Counted from the whole stretch's first letter, positions 48,345 through 59,879 are shown. The stretch: DNA of 59,879 nucleotides, filler included, from Sphacelaria rigidula (GCA_964200075.2; 9 parts of 9 records of this genome joined end to end with filler, not necessarily neighbours in it), one strand, 5' to 3'. A program made the numbers and translations. Notes: a model not told the origin generated them from the letters alone.

Positions 48345-49040
48345 GCGTAACATATTGTTACCATAACATATATTGAACACAAACCATGAAAAAGTATTGT
48401 TTTTGCAATGTATATTGCGCACGCTCATCGCATAGCTTCTGTGCAGCCAATATATATTGAACACGCTCGCGGAGGAATGTATTGAGCGATTTCGGCATCT
48501 GGTGATACATCTTTCAATGGCGCCCGCGAACATGAAACTTCCCACCACACTAATTCCAAAACATTTTCCAATCGACATGTTGAATCATCAGTATATATAT
48601 TGCTACACCAATACATATTGTGACCGTCGGTTCCCTCGTGTATCGTCCACCCAAAATATTTTGGACGCATTGACGCACGACATGTTGGGGCGGCAATATA
48701 TATTGGCGCTTCGGGTGTTGAGTATATTGAATCGTCAATATATATTGACCTCGGGTGGCAGCCAATATATATTACTCGACACATATATATATATATATAC
48801 ATTGGCGCCTTACCGCACCAACATCTTACTCGGTCAATATATATATTGAGGTGGCGCGTGTTGTCATACATTGTTTGGTCGATATATATGGCATGTCGCG
48901 AGTCTTGATATATTGATGGCACAATATCTATTGACCTGTCTCGTGTCCTCATATTACTCGCCAAACATATTGACCACCCGACACGTCGACATATTGAGCG
49001 GGCAATATATATATATATATATATTACACATTGTATTGTC
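48345..49040. repeat. Array of CAATATATATTG palindromes separated by variable spacers
   Basis: Roughly 20 full or half copies (CAATATATATTG, CATATTG, TATATTG) at irregular spacing. Confidence 0.8.
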
Positions 49041-49759
49041 TAGGATGTGGACCTTTGACACCGTTTTTGGGCCCCAAACAGGGAATGTTGCCATCGCATC
49101 TTTTGGACAGTTTGCGTCACCCCAACGAGAGGAGTCTGGTCCATTTTTCAGATTCGCTTGGCCCCGGGGTTTCAAGAACGGCCTCTGGACGAAGTTACGG
49201 CTGGAAAAAATATGCGGTGTCTGCCGGTGTTCCCCTTTTCGCGCGGAATGTGGTGTCTGCCACTGATGTTGTTGAGCGATATGTTATCAATACGAGAACA
49301 CATGAGAGCGAGGTCAGTGCACAGGGGTTTGGCGTACTCACAAGCACATGATCGTTTCGCACAAACGCTACCATGATTTCACCCACCTCTCCCCCACGAG
49401 ACTGCGATTCGATCTGTTCTGTGTTCTGTTCCACTACTTTCATACGCACCCCTTATCCGGTAGGGTGGGATCCAGGGGTATCCGGAATTTGCATCTATGG
49501 GCAACTGTGCTCATATCTACAATTATGCTTTGTTGTGCATGGTCAGCGGGACTGTGGCTTCTGAATCTTGTGTTGTACTTCCTCTGACACATAAGTTAGC
49601 CCGATTACGTTCACACGGGTCCTAAACTTTTTCCGATGCCGTTGGCGATGATATTTTTGAAATCGTTGTGGTTTTTCGAGTTGAAATCCTTGTTTTTCAT
49701 TTTGCGCAGCCTCCTGCAAGGGCAAATGGTCAGAAAAATCCATCGGCCCGAAAAAAGTC

Positions 49760-50510
49760 ATACTTCGCCCCTTTTCAAAACGTCGCGCCAGATGCCGATC
49801 TTGCCGTCGAAATCGTGGCTTGGGTCCGGCCGAGCGTTTGCCACAATTATCATGATTTTTGGGATGTGACTCTTGTGCTGCAGGTGGGGAGCTCAGGGAT
49901 AGACTCCCCTGGGAAGATTCAGATATTGTCCTGGTTCCTCAGAAGGAAAACCAACTTTCGTAGAAGTGGATGACGTTTCCTTGGTCGAGGAAATTACCGG
50001 TTGTCTCGTCCACCTGGTCGCAGATGAAATCTACCCAGCGCTTCTTCTTACTCTCGGCAAGGGAGAGCTCGATGCGGCGAGCCAACTTCTGGGCCCCTTC
50101 TTTCTTAAACCACCGCCTCATGGTCTCGGAGCTGAAATCGAGCCCGATCTCTCTCAGCCGATCGGATTCTTGCCTGTTCGTAAACGACCGGTTCTGCTTG
50201 TTTACATCCCGCAGTGCCGCCTTCTTCGTTGGAGTAAGCAGCGACGGCCGCCCGCTACGAGGTTTGTATGAGAGATCAAGCTCCTGGGTGCCTTCGATTT
50301 GTGCTTTGCAGCTTTTCCATAGCTGTGCGGGGTATTCAAGACCAACACGGTAGCGCTGGGCGAGGGGGCCTGGAACGCCCTTGGGGAGCCTCACTTTGCC
50401 TGGCGGAAGGGTCAGCGCTACCTCCATCGCCAGGGCATAGCCCCGGCCCAAGGACACCTCAACGCCCCGCTGGCGACGCGGGGGGGTGCTTACGGTCTTC
50501 ATCGTGGTTG
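49760..50510 (-). mobile_element. Tc1/mariner transposase remnant of plant-mariner (DD39D-like) type, frameshifted and truncated
   Basis: Minus strand: SYKPRSGRPSLLT (GRP motif), helix-turn-helix-like region, VIHFYESWF (D.E.WF with first D mutated), then after frameshifts QHKSHIPKIMIIVANARPDPSHDFDGKIGIWR, matching the KVMF..A.ARP...FDGKIGIWP signature. Confidence 0.85.
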
Positions 50511-50812
50511 TGCCGCGAAGGACGGCAGTGAACGGGCTTTTATTCAAGAGTTGTAGAAAATTCTCAAACAATTCCCAAAATATGGGCCAAAATAGGATAT
50601 CTTGACACCACAGATTCTCGATCATATCTATTTCTCTATCTTTTCATCATGAGCATCTCCCTGACTGTAGCTTTGCAAAGAACCTAAATGTAGCATCGCA
50701 CGCTGTTCCGTTCATAAGATAAGATCTACGCACCATAATCGAGCTAACTTATGTGTCAGAGGAAGTATGTGTTCAATATCCTACGTGTGTTTGTTCCACG
50801 AATTCCCAACAG

Positions 50813-50899
50813 ATGGTGGAGACAGAAGTGAAAACAGACTTCGTGAAGAACATTGCCGGTACGCTTGACTGGAACGCTCTTCGCCAAGCTGCGTCTGAG
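50813..50899 (+). CDS. TRM112: TRM112 methyltransferase activator, internal exon (first exon not found)
   Basis: AACAG|ATG; MVETEVKTDFVKNIAGTLDWNALRQAASE; donor GAG|GTGCGT, phase 0. Confidence 0.88.
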
Positions 50900-51538
50900 G
50901 TGCGTATATTGTGCCGAAGGACACATGGGGGTATTGTCTGCAGGTGCACAAGGGCGCTTCAAAGCTTGAAATATATGGCTGAATGGCTAACCGGACGCGC
51001 GCAGTACCATTGAGGAGAGCCTGCGACGTTATTTGCCGAGTGCTAGAGTACATGACCCGACGTGCACATCTTGTGACTGGAGCTGCGCAAGTGTTGTAAA
51101 TACTTCACATGCTCATTGACCACGTGGCCCCAAAGGTCGAGTGGTCGAGGCTCTACTCCTAGCATGAGAATATACACCCGAAGCAGAGTGTTGAACCCGC
51201 CGATGATGCGACGTTCGTTATACACAACCTCACACACAAGACAGGGGCTGTCTCGACTCTGGTTCGGCTTTCGTCCACTCTTTCGCTATGATGGTGTGGC
51301 GCAACGTAAGTAGTTGTTCATGTAATCTCACTCGGGAGGCATGTGCCCACTTCGATGCCCTGTGGGAGGCGGGTTGATTTTGACGAATGAAGCGGTTGTA
51401 GCTGATAGCCCATGGATCACGGTTTGTACGCCCGTTGTGCAACTGTGTAGCTTCAACCATGTTGTGTACCCCACATTGCCGGTCCTTTGCCGTCTGGATC
51501 TCGAAGATTCACTTGATTTGGTACCTTTTCACGAGCAG

Positions 51539-51714
51539 GTTGGAATGCCAGACGGCTCGCTGCCGCCTGCTTTAACATCAGAGCTGCTGGAAGACGCAGC
51601 GTTCATCGAAGCCCTGCATCACGTGTTGATGGATATGCACGTAGTGGAGGGCGTGCTGGTTTGTCCTGAATCGGGGCGAAGGTTTCCGATCAAAGAGGGC
51701 GTGCCTGATCTAAT
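51539..51714 (+). CDS. TRM112: TRM112, penultimate exon
   Basis: GCAG|GTT; VGMPDGSLPPALTSELLEDAAFIEALHHVLMDMHVVEGVLVCPESGRRFPIKEGVPDL, matching LH.VL...V.EG.L.CPESGR.FPI..G.P; donor AT|GTGCGT, phase 2. Confidence 0.94.
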
Positions 51715-52700
51715 GTGCGTGAAGTTCGTCCGGGACATACACGTGACGTGTTGTCTAGCGAAGACAGTCAGCTCATTGTTTACTCTAATGTCAATCCTGG
51801 GATGGATGCACCGTTGAAATGGTGATGTCGACTTGTGGGTGTAAGCACAGGTATATATGTATGTATATATATTAACGCTTGAGACCATTCGAGCACCCAC
51901 AGATGGATAACTATCAAATAGATATGATAATGCCGATCGAACAGGTGGACGCTTTGTATTTGTTGGATTGAGCCCTCGGGAGTGCAAACGCAGATATATG
52001 TGGCCGGCGGATGACTACAAGTAAGAAATCAGATTTCGTACACGAACGGCCAACTATTGATCCAACGTTTCGAGAAATGCTTGTACATGAAAAACGATTT
52101 GAGAATGATCCCCTGTTCTGGTGGCCATTGCACTGTTCAGTGATGAAAGCACGCGGCGTCGTGTGCATTCCTCAGTCCTACTGTTGAGCTTTATGTAATG
52201 CCCGTATCTCGATATGAAACCCTGGATAATAGATTACTTTGTTAAAAGGTGTACTGCGTGCGGTATGGAATCTATTGTTTATTGCAATAGCCGCAATAGG
52301 TGATACTGTACGCAGTACAGTTTCGAATAAAATAATCTTATGTCTAGGGTGTGTTCGATATACCGCTGTCTCTCGTCGAAGCATTTGAAAAACTCCCGCC
52401 AAGATCTCTGGTGTTGTGAACACAGCATTTGCAATTTGCGAGTGTTACTACCGTACTGCAGTCGTACGGTAGTACACCAAGTGCCACTCCGTGCTACTAC
52501 ACGACACGGTAGCCGTTCGGCTTAGCGTAGGTACCTTCCGGAAGAGCCATGTAATCATATTTACGATGGCAGCTCTATGATAGCAGCTGCGGCGTGGCAG
52601 ACGCGTTCTGTGATGTACTACATACGGAATCGGGACAGCTCATCTTAGTAAGACTCGTGCCTGTTCTCGCTTGTTTGTGGCGATGCCTTCCGAATAGCAG

Positions 52701-52722
52701 GGTTACAGAAGAGGAGATCTGA
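52701..52722 (+). CDS. TRM112: TRM112, predicted 22-nt terminal coding exon
   Basis: TAGCAG|G GTT ACA GAA GAG GAG ATC TGA completes the phase-2 Met codon and gives ...GVPDLMVTEEEI*, like the acidic C-terminus of TRM112 proteins. Confidence 0.8.
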
Positions 52723-53216
52723 CAGACAAGGCTGCCCGTGGAAACGGTTTGCCGCGGAATGGCGCAATTGCCCTAACGACGACGGCTCCTGAAGGCTTAT
52801 CCGCGTAGGAAGCAGGATTTTGTTTCGTGCAATGTTTTTTTCGCACTCATGAAGCCGATAGCCACAAAATATGTCAGTCTCGAGTATGTGGGGATCCAAG
52901 TTACTGTTCACCCTCTTTTCCTCTGTGCCGGACCGTGATAGGGTGCAAGTGGCGTGCGAGGCAGAGGGTCTTGAGGTGGAGGATTTGTTGTCGGTGACTG
53001 CCCGAAAATCAATGACGCCAGGGGTCTGTCGAAAAAAGATTACGGGACACTTGGGCCTCAAGATAAAAAAACATGAGTTTTTGAAGGGGTGGGGGGGGCG
53101 CACCCAGGCTGTTGGCCCCTAGTTTATTGCCGAGGCGTCGCGGATGTGGTAAGCTGCCGTGTACACAGATCTTTGGCATAAAGACCGCTGAGATGGCGAA
53201 CACGGCAGCTTACCAC

Positions 53217-53316
53217 NNNNNNNNNNNNNNNNNNNNNNNNNNNNNNNNNNNNNNNNNNNNTTAATTAATTAANNNNNNNNNNNNNNNNNNNNNNNNNNNN
53301 NNNNNNNNNNNNNNNN
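53217..53316. other. Artificial contig-joining spacer
   Basis: 44 N + TTAATTAATTAA + 44 N. Confidence 0.99.
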
Positions 53317-56300
53317 AAAACCCAACCCAACCACACAAAGACACCCCCCCCCCCCCCCCCCCTCCCCTCTCGCCACACACACACACAGTGAAACGGGCAC
53401 GGAGCGTGGGTGTTTGCGTCACAGACCTCTGCTATTTCGCACCGTTCTACCCGCCGTGTTCCTTCATTGCGGTGTGTCTTTCGTTTCATGGGATGGAAGA
53501 CAACGACAGAACGGCAATAAACAAGATAGTTCGTACGCCTGTTGGTTTCGCATCGTGCGCGTTTCTGTGTCGACGTTGATCACCGTAGCCGAAAATTAAA
53601 ACAATCACTTGTGGAGAATACATGGAGATTGGAGATGAGGCACGGGTTGGAATGGGAGGAGCTCTGGTGTTTATCTTGGTATGCACGTTTCCTCCAGTTT
53701 GTGCTGTGGTGGTGATTGCCGACTTCAGAAATTCCAGTATGTCTTCAGGATGAGAACATATCACCCTATGCATTCTGCATTGGGCAAGCTATCCAGCTCC
53801 CCCTTTCGTAATGGGCTTGGCGCGATCTTTTTGGTGGGAAGGATTCAACTCAACAGCTCTCGACAGAGTTTAGGATAAGGGATCACAAGAGACAGAGCGA
53901 AAGATCTTCATCCCGAAGGATGGAAAGGTCCTACATTTTCATCACCTGCTGCGCTTGACGCTGTTCTAGACATCGCTTTTTGGCTACAACCGTCACCATG
54001 CAGTAAGTAGCCCATTTCTGGTGAGATATAAAGAAAAAATATAGGATACAGGGAAGGACGCTGCCATCCGGTCCCGGTTCCCCGGCATGGAATATCACAT
54101 GCACATGCCTGTACGGCGTGTTCGCGGCTCTTTTTGTCCATTTTGTCTAGGCTTACCGTCTTGTCTTCGCTGTACTCGAGATTGTGCTTGGCGGGTCTCA
54201 CCGTACATCAGACAGAGGTCGAAACCCGTTGTGTTTGCTCAGCGTATGTTTTCTTGTTGTACATATCGTGGATGAGAAAGTTTTGGCAGCTCGTTTCCCT
54301 TTTCTCAGTATGACGAGCAGCCCAGGTTGTGTAGAGACAACAGGACCTTCCGAGACTGTTTAGCGAATGACATATACACCCAAGTTACGCTGAGAGAGAA
54401 CAATGTGGGTGTCCACATTGTGTTCAGTGTGACTGAAGCCAGAAAGATTATGTATGGTTGTAGGGTAATGCCTTTTGCTTGTCTCTTTCCCCCCTATTGT
54501 GTCCCTTCTTATCATTTTGTGTCGTTTGTTCGTCTGCTTCGTTCCTGTTTATGCTGTACGGTATACCAGTGTTTGCGTTTCCCTCCCTGCAGGGCACGTA
54601 GCTGACAGTTTATGCATTTTTCTTTGTTCGTTTGGCTTTTGCACGGACTTCCCATCCGAAGCCATGCGGTTGGGGCCGAGAATTTATTTTTCACAACCAT
54701 CATTATGGTATTATTTTACTTATTATGATATTATCATCCCCTTTTAACGGTGGCCGATGCTAAAGCTGCCTTGAGCGCCTTTCCTATTTTCTCACTTCCC
54801 GTCGAGTTTTCCTTCTTGATGTAAAAGCTTTTTTCCTGCCATTTTTCCTTATTTCTATCATGTTTTTCTTGGCAGTTTTTTCTTTCATCGGATTTCAAGT
54901 GCCCTGCTTTCTTCCGAAGTTTATTGTATTTGTTCCGTGATTGCCTAGTTTTCTTCATATCTCCCCCTTGTTGAGTGCTCCTCGGGCGAGTATTCCGTCA
55001 TACTCATCTTATGCACACCTATCTTGTGATCACGATTGAATTTATCGGGATTCCGAGCATCCAGTTTCCGAGTAGCAGGCGTCGAAGGATGTGTGTGGGT
55101 AATTTATTGGCTTTAGTTGCGAGAACTACTGGTCGTTGTCTTGTCTAGAGCCACGACCAGGGCCCTGATATATGTAGATGGATATGTTTGTGTTGCATCT
55201 ACTAATTCCAAAAGTGTCTCCAATGCTACCGGGAGACGCTTCCAGAGTGGTACGTGACGAAGGTCCTGAATGCTGCATGGACGTACCAAACGGTACCCTA
55301 TGTATGTATGGATGTCTTTAACGTAGGTTGGATGTGCGATGACTTTCCCGGCTTCGCGTGGCGACTGAATTTCGAAGTACAGCAGCAATTTTAGTCCGAA
55401 AAGGATTGGCCATGCCACACTCTTCGAGCACAGAATGTTAGCTGAAGGTCGCCGATGTAACCTCTGTATGCGTGTACCGACAGCTACATAAGTGTTGAAA
55501 TAGTTCTGGAGGGATGTTCACTCCCGCAGCAGCAAACGACGCCTCTTCCGTGTAGATAACCGTGTGGTGTCTCAGGACTACGCGTTGGTACTTTTGCGAC
55601 ACCTGTATACGCGTTGTAACATTTTGGGTGTTTCGCCTGTTGCCACCTCTTCAGGTCGGAGCATGCGGCTGTGCGTGCATACGGCCCTTTTTGCTTCTGT
55701 GCTCTCCCCCTTGGTGTGGAGACTTCGGCGTTTGCGTGTCTCATTGGCAGGTGTCGGCCAACGTCATTTCGATGCTATGGCGTTTTGGCGCTTGAGCGCT
55801 TTTGGTGTCCGTTGATTACTTCATCGCGATAGGGATCATCACCCGATCGTGCCGTGGTGTTTTGCAGGGCTAGTTATGTGTGCTGACTTTTTGGGCTCCT
55901 AGACGTTCTGCCGCCGCACTCTGCGCGCGCGTGCGTGTGCATGTGTGTAGGTTCTATGAAATATGATCTATTTGTTCTCTTCGTAATAGTCTGGGTACAA
56001 TCGCGTCTTGTGCGGCTCTGCTTGGTTTCACGCATGCGAATAAATTTGACTCCTAAGCGTTGCCGTGAAAACTGTTTCTGGTGCATGACTAATCCTCCGT
56101 ATTACGAAGTGCTGTTTTGGTCCCGGACGCGTTCGCACCCGTTCGATTCTTGGTATGCACACCTAAATACCAATGTGTATGTATCGGTGTGTATCGGATG
56201 CGTGGCACGTGTAGGTTATCTGGCAAATATGCTTTTGCGGTCTTAGACGGTATAGCCGACTGGCATTTCGTTTTTGTTAGACGTGTGTATATATGCGTGT

Positions 56301-56641
56301 GTAGAGCAATGCTTACCGTCGTACAACATTTTGTTCTTGTCTAGGTGCGTATGTATGTATGTATGTACGTATGTATGTATGTATGTATGCGTGTGTACAA
56401 CAGTGTTTACCGTCGTATGGCATTTCGTTTTTATTAGAAACGTATATATGTACGCGCGTGTACGGCGGCACTTACCGTTATACGTTCTTCGCTCAGAAGG
56501 TTCCGTGCGCGGTGCATGACATCATAGCAGGGCGGTCTACTGCACCGTAATGACGGACCAAGTTTCATCGCACTTAGGGAACAGGCACTGTAGCTCCAGC
56601 GGCTCTACTTTCAGAAAATACCCTCGAGTATTCTTGCCACA

Positions 56642-56970
56642 GCGCCCCGGTGGTCTAATGATGCAATTGGCAACATTAGGGTGGGGAAATTGCGGGTTAG
56701 ATTCCCGCCAAGTGCATCTAGTTTGGCTGTTTTTCCTCATTGCAGTATCTGGATACGACCGTTAAAAGCGTGAGAAAAAATGAGGAGGAGAAGGGTTCAG
56801 TTCTACTGAGTTTATTTGGCGACAGCCAACGCGATGCGGGAGTGCTGATAGTCATGATCGAGCCCGCGATATCAAAACGTGAAGTGTGTACCGGAACAGG
56901 GGTAGGTTGGTCGCTCGAGACGATGGCCTTGTCCCGGGGAAGAGGAGGAGTAGAAGGGAGAACAAAACAA
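56642..56970 (+). mobile_element. SINE family B, diverged plus-strand copy
   Basis: GCGCCCCGGTGGTCTAATG...GGGTTAGATTCCC head; 3' segment GTGTACCGG...GGTTGGTCGCTCGAGAC matches the reverse complement of ~23355-23387. Confidence 0.7.
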
Positions 56971-58019
56971 TCATATACTATAGAGACTTCCCACTCGTAG
57001 GTGAGCGGGTGTCTTGATGATAGAACAGCAGCTTTTTTTTTCAGTGAGTACGATTGTGGTAATGGTGTTCGCGCCTCCTCAGAAAGATTTTGTATACTTC
57101 CCACGAGGATCCTAGCGCACTTTCCCGATCTTTCGTGCACCCAGTTTTATTTTCGGCCGGATGAAGCATTTTTTTGGTCGAATCGAGCTCGTGACCTTTT
57201 GCTCAGGTCCTTACCTGGACGATACTCTAGATGCAACAGTTGGCCTGAACGGCGGCCTGTACAACCTATGCACCCCAAACAAAGGTTGAAGCTCGCCGTC
57301 GTGAGAAGAACATGCCGCGTCGACTTCGTCAATCGGAAGACATCCGGAGAAGTTACAGTAGCCTTTTTGAAATCGGTATCTCGATCAAATCGATGCTCTT
57401 TTTGTACATGCACACCATAAGCGTTTTGTGGAACTCTATCGCTTAGCCGGATGTAATCGGACCGAAAAACTAGACGTGGTATATTGTTTCCCACGCGCTA
57501 GGTATTCAACCCTTGTTGAGTATGTGGTTGCTCAATCGTTGAGAAATAGACACGCGATGCCTATATACTTTTATTCCGCAGATTCTCAAGGCTAGTCCAG
57601 GATGTCGAGGTCATATTAGCCTACTCTCTCCACTCATGTCTAGCCGGTGGACTCTGCGCCGTTTTTCAAAGCTGCTCTTGCTCACAGGAGGCCTGTTGGA
57701 TCAGCATCACCTCTAGTATTTTTGTTCTCAGCACAACGCTTCTGCTGAGTCAGCTTAGCAGCTACCAGCGGCAGCCTTTGCAGTTGCTATCGGGTGCGAT
57801 CTTCAGATGTTCTTCATAGGAAGAGCCCATCGTTCAAGTCAAAACTGGAAGACACTAGGATGTATGGTCCAGAATCTGAAAAGCAGGTCACGATTGGGGT
57901 TTCGCAAAAACGTCGTTATAGCCGATTTCTCCGGCACCTTGAAAAATACTGTATTTCTCAGGGGGGCGCGAAGGAAGGTATCCCGCACACATATTTGCGT
58001 CCCCATCCCCCAACCCCCC

Positions 58020-59800
58020 CGTCAGCAGGATGCAGTTCACCCCTCATTCGACTCGCCGAACACATCACTGTGCTTCGCGCTTGGTGGTTGCGGGTCTGGT
58101 TCGGCGAAACCCCCGCATCCTCCGTCCCGGCTTTGTGGGGATGCCACGGGATTGTCCACGTGGCTATGGCACGCAAAATCATGAGTACACCCCCCTCGCC
58201 AGGGGTCTGCCTTGTGAGGGTTAGAGTTGGTTGGCGACGACGCTGTAAAACACGCCACTCACTGCGTAAGCTAGGCAATCAGGAAACCGGAGTTTGTTTC
58301 TTATATTTTGTTTGCGGTAACCGTGATAACGGCCGAGTTTGATCATATTGTGCGGGGTGGGAGAACCTCAACTCCGCGCAATGGAGTCGATCGTACCACG
58401 CAGTATTCAGTTTGCTGGACACCTATGATGGACTGTAACCCGTGACTGTCTGTAGAAGGGGCAATACCAGAAAATGAAGCAACTCATTGGAGGCTGTCAT
58501 CCATATGCAAGATAATTAGGAAGCTTCGGGCCGGACAAATTTTGCAGGATGCAAATTACCCTTCATGCGACTCGCCGAACATATCACGGTGCGTCGCGCT
58601 TAGTGATTGCAAGCCTAATCCGGCGAAATCCCGGCGTGCTCCGCCCCGGCTTTGTAGGGATGCAAGATCAATAGCCTCATGACTACGGTATGCGAGATCA
58701 TGACTTCGCCCCCCTCACCCCCCTCCCAGGAGGGCTGAAGCTCATTTAATGAATATCATCTTCACATTTTTCTCGGTCATTGTTGACTTTCCCCTCTCAA
58801 TTCGTGTGTTCACTGCGCGTTTCCCGTGGACCACTTGCTAATATCCTGCTTGCGTTGGAAACACCTACATGCTGCGGTTGGTTGGCTTGGTTACATTCAA
58901 CGCTCGTGCTTGGAGACGATCCGCAACTGAGACCATGGCCCAGGACAGTCTTGAGAAACATTCACGCAAAGCAACAACTACAACTTACATCTAAGCTTGC
59001 GTAAACCGGCAATAACGGGAGAGATTCACGATGATCCCACGACAGGGTTAGTGTGTAGAGTAATCTGGCAAAATACGTCACCCACAACACCTGATCGGTT
59101 CTTCGTTTTCGTTCACGTTTATATCTTTTCATTTTGTTCCTCGTTGTTGTTGTTTTTTCTCTGCCTGCGTGATGTTTTCTTTATTTCTTCTCCCTCTAAG
59201 TATCATGATGGGTGCGTGGATCTTATGCTACCTCCCCCCACTCATCAGGGGCTGGTCCGGCAAAAACCCGGCGTGCTCCGTCCCGGCTTTGTAGGGGCGG
59301 ACCCCCTGTGGGGTTGGCGTCGATGACGCTGAAAAATACGCCACTCGCTGCGTAAGCTAGGCAACCAGGTTACCGCTTTATTTTGCGCGTTTGCGTTTTT
59401 TTTCGCGGTAACAAGAATGGTGATGGAGCTACATCATGTTGTGCGGGGTGGGAGAACCTCGACTCTGCGTAAAGGAGATGATCGTACTGCGTGGTGTTTA
59501 AATGGTGAGTCACCCATGAGGCAGTGTGGAACCCGCGGCTATCTCTGAAAGAAGCGATACCAGAAAATAAAACAACTCATTGGAGGCTGTCATCCAAATG
59601 CGAGGAAATCGGTACGCTTCGGGAAAGCCGAACAATCTTAGCAAGATGCAGCTCACCCTTCATGCGACTCACCGAGCACACCACGGCGCTTGCGCTCAGT
59701 GATTGATTGCGAGCCTGGTCCGGCGAAAACCCGGCGTGCTCCGTCCCGACTATGCGAGGGTAATGGCCACATGGTTATGGAATTCAATATCATCTGTACC
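58020..59800 (+). repeat. Cluster of C-tract-bordered dispersed repeats (58020-58196, 58222-58720, 59245-59300, 59310-59800)
   Basis: Two ~500-bp copies share CGCCACTC(A/G)CTGCGTAAGCTAGGCAA, GTGCGGGGTGGGAGAACCTC and ACTCATTGGAGGCTGTCATCCA; two partial 3' copies; most end in a C-tract. Confidence 0.9.
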
Positions 59801-59879
59801 CCCCCCGCCCCCCCCCCCCCCCCCCCCCCCCGCCCACCCCCACACGCGGGGGGCGCCGGGGGTGCGCCCGGGTGGGGGT

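Noticed and set aside
48345..49040. CRISPR array
   Set aside because: Repeats are only ~12 bp and degenerate, spacers are irregular, the context is eukaryotic and no cas genes are present. The same applies to the CCTCYRGAGG array at 12415-13162.
49435..49510. FHTHPLSGRVGSRGIRNLHLWATV as the missing TRM112 first exon
   Set aside because: It superficially resembles the TRM112 N-terminus but lacks the M(K/R)LLTHN start, the G(Y/F)PL motif and a good donor. It is probably chance, and the real exon 1 is likely off-contig.
15083..52722. Metabolic gene cluster (PDHB supplying acetyl-CoA, HMGR, V-ATPase B, TRM112)
   Set aside because: The genes lie on separate size-sorted contigs, so adjacency is artificial.
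6566..53316. Regularly spaced TTAATTAATTAA motif every ~6.66 kb as a biological periodic element
   Set aside because: It is always embedded in 44+44 N and is a six-frame stop linker added at assembly.
54734..55418. Lys-rich ORF 54734-54958 and ORF 55113-55418 as exons
   Set aside because: Low complexity or no recognisable family motif; cannot be supported without a search or RNA-seq.

Overview
This is eukaryotic, intron-rich and transposon-rich DNA, most likely from a brown alga (Phaeophyceae; inferred from protein character, kilobase introns and GTGCGT/GTGAG splice donors). It is not one locus. It consists of nine unrelated contigs of 6565, 6565, 6565, 6565, 6564, 6564, 6564, 6564 and 6563 bp, joined in descending length order by identical 100-nt spacers (44 N + TTAATTAATTAA + 44 N), so nothing can be inferred from neighbours across gaps. 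Four partial spliced housekeeping genes can be reconstructed with phase-consistent GT-AG introns: class I HMG-CoA reductase (last two exons, minus), V-ATPase subunit B (first four exons, plus), pyruvate dehydrogenase E1 beta (two internal exons, minus) and TRM112 (last three exons, plus). Most of the rest is decayed mobile DNA: a Copia element, a chromodomain-bearing Gypsy element and a probable solo LTR, an RTE-like LINE fragment, LINE 3' tails, two tRNA-derived SINE families, a plant-type (DD39D-like) mariner remnant, TTAA-type piggyBac-like miniature elements, and several foldback or palindrome-array elements. I found no convincing multi-gene novel system. The most unusual protein-level signal is the HMG-CoA reductase, which has a predicted ~240-aa low-complexity insertion in its catalytic domain, lacks the canonical regulatory Ser, and carries a ~300-aa tail with a long polyQ tract.
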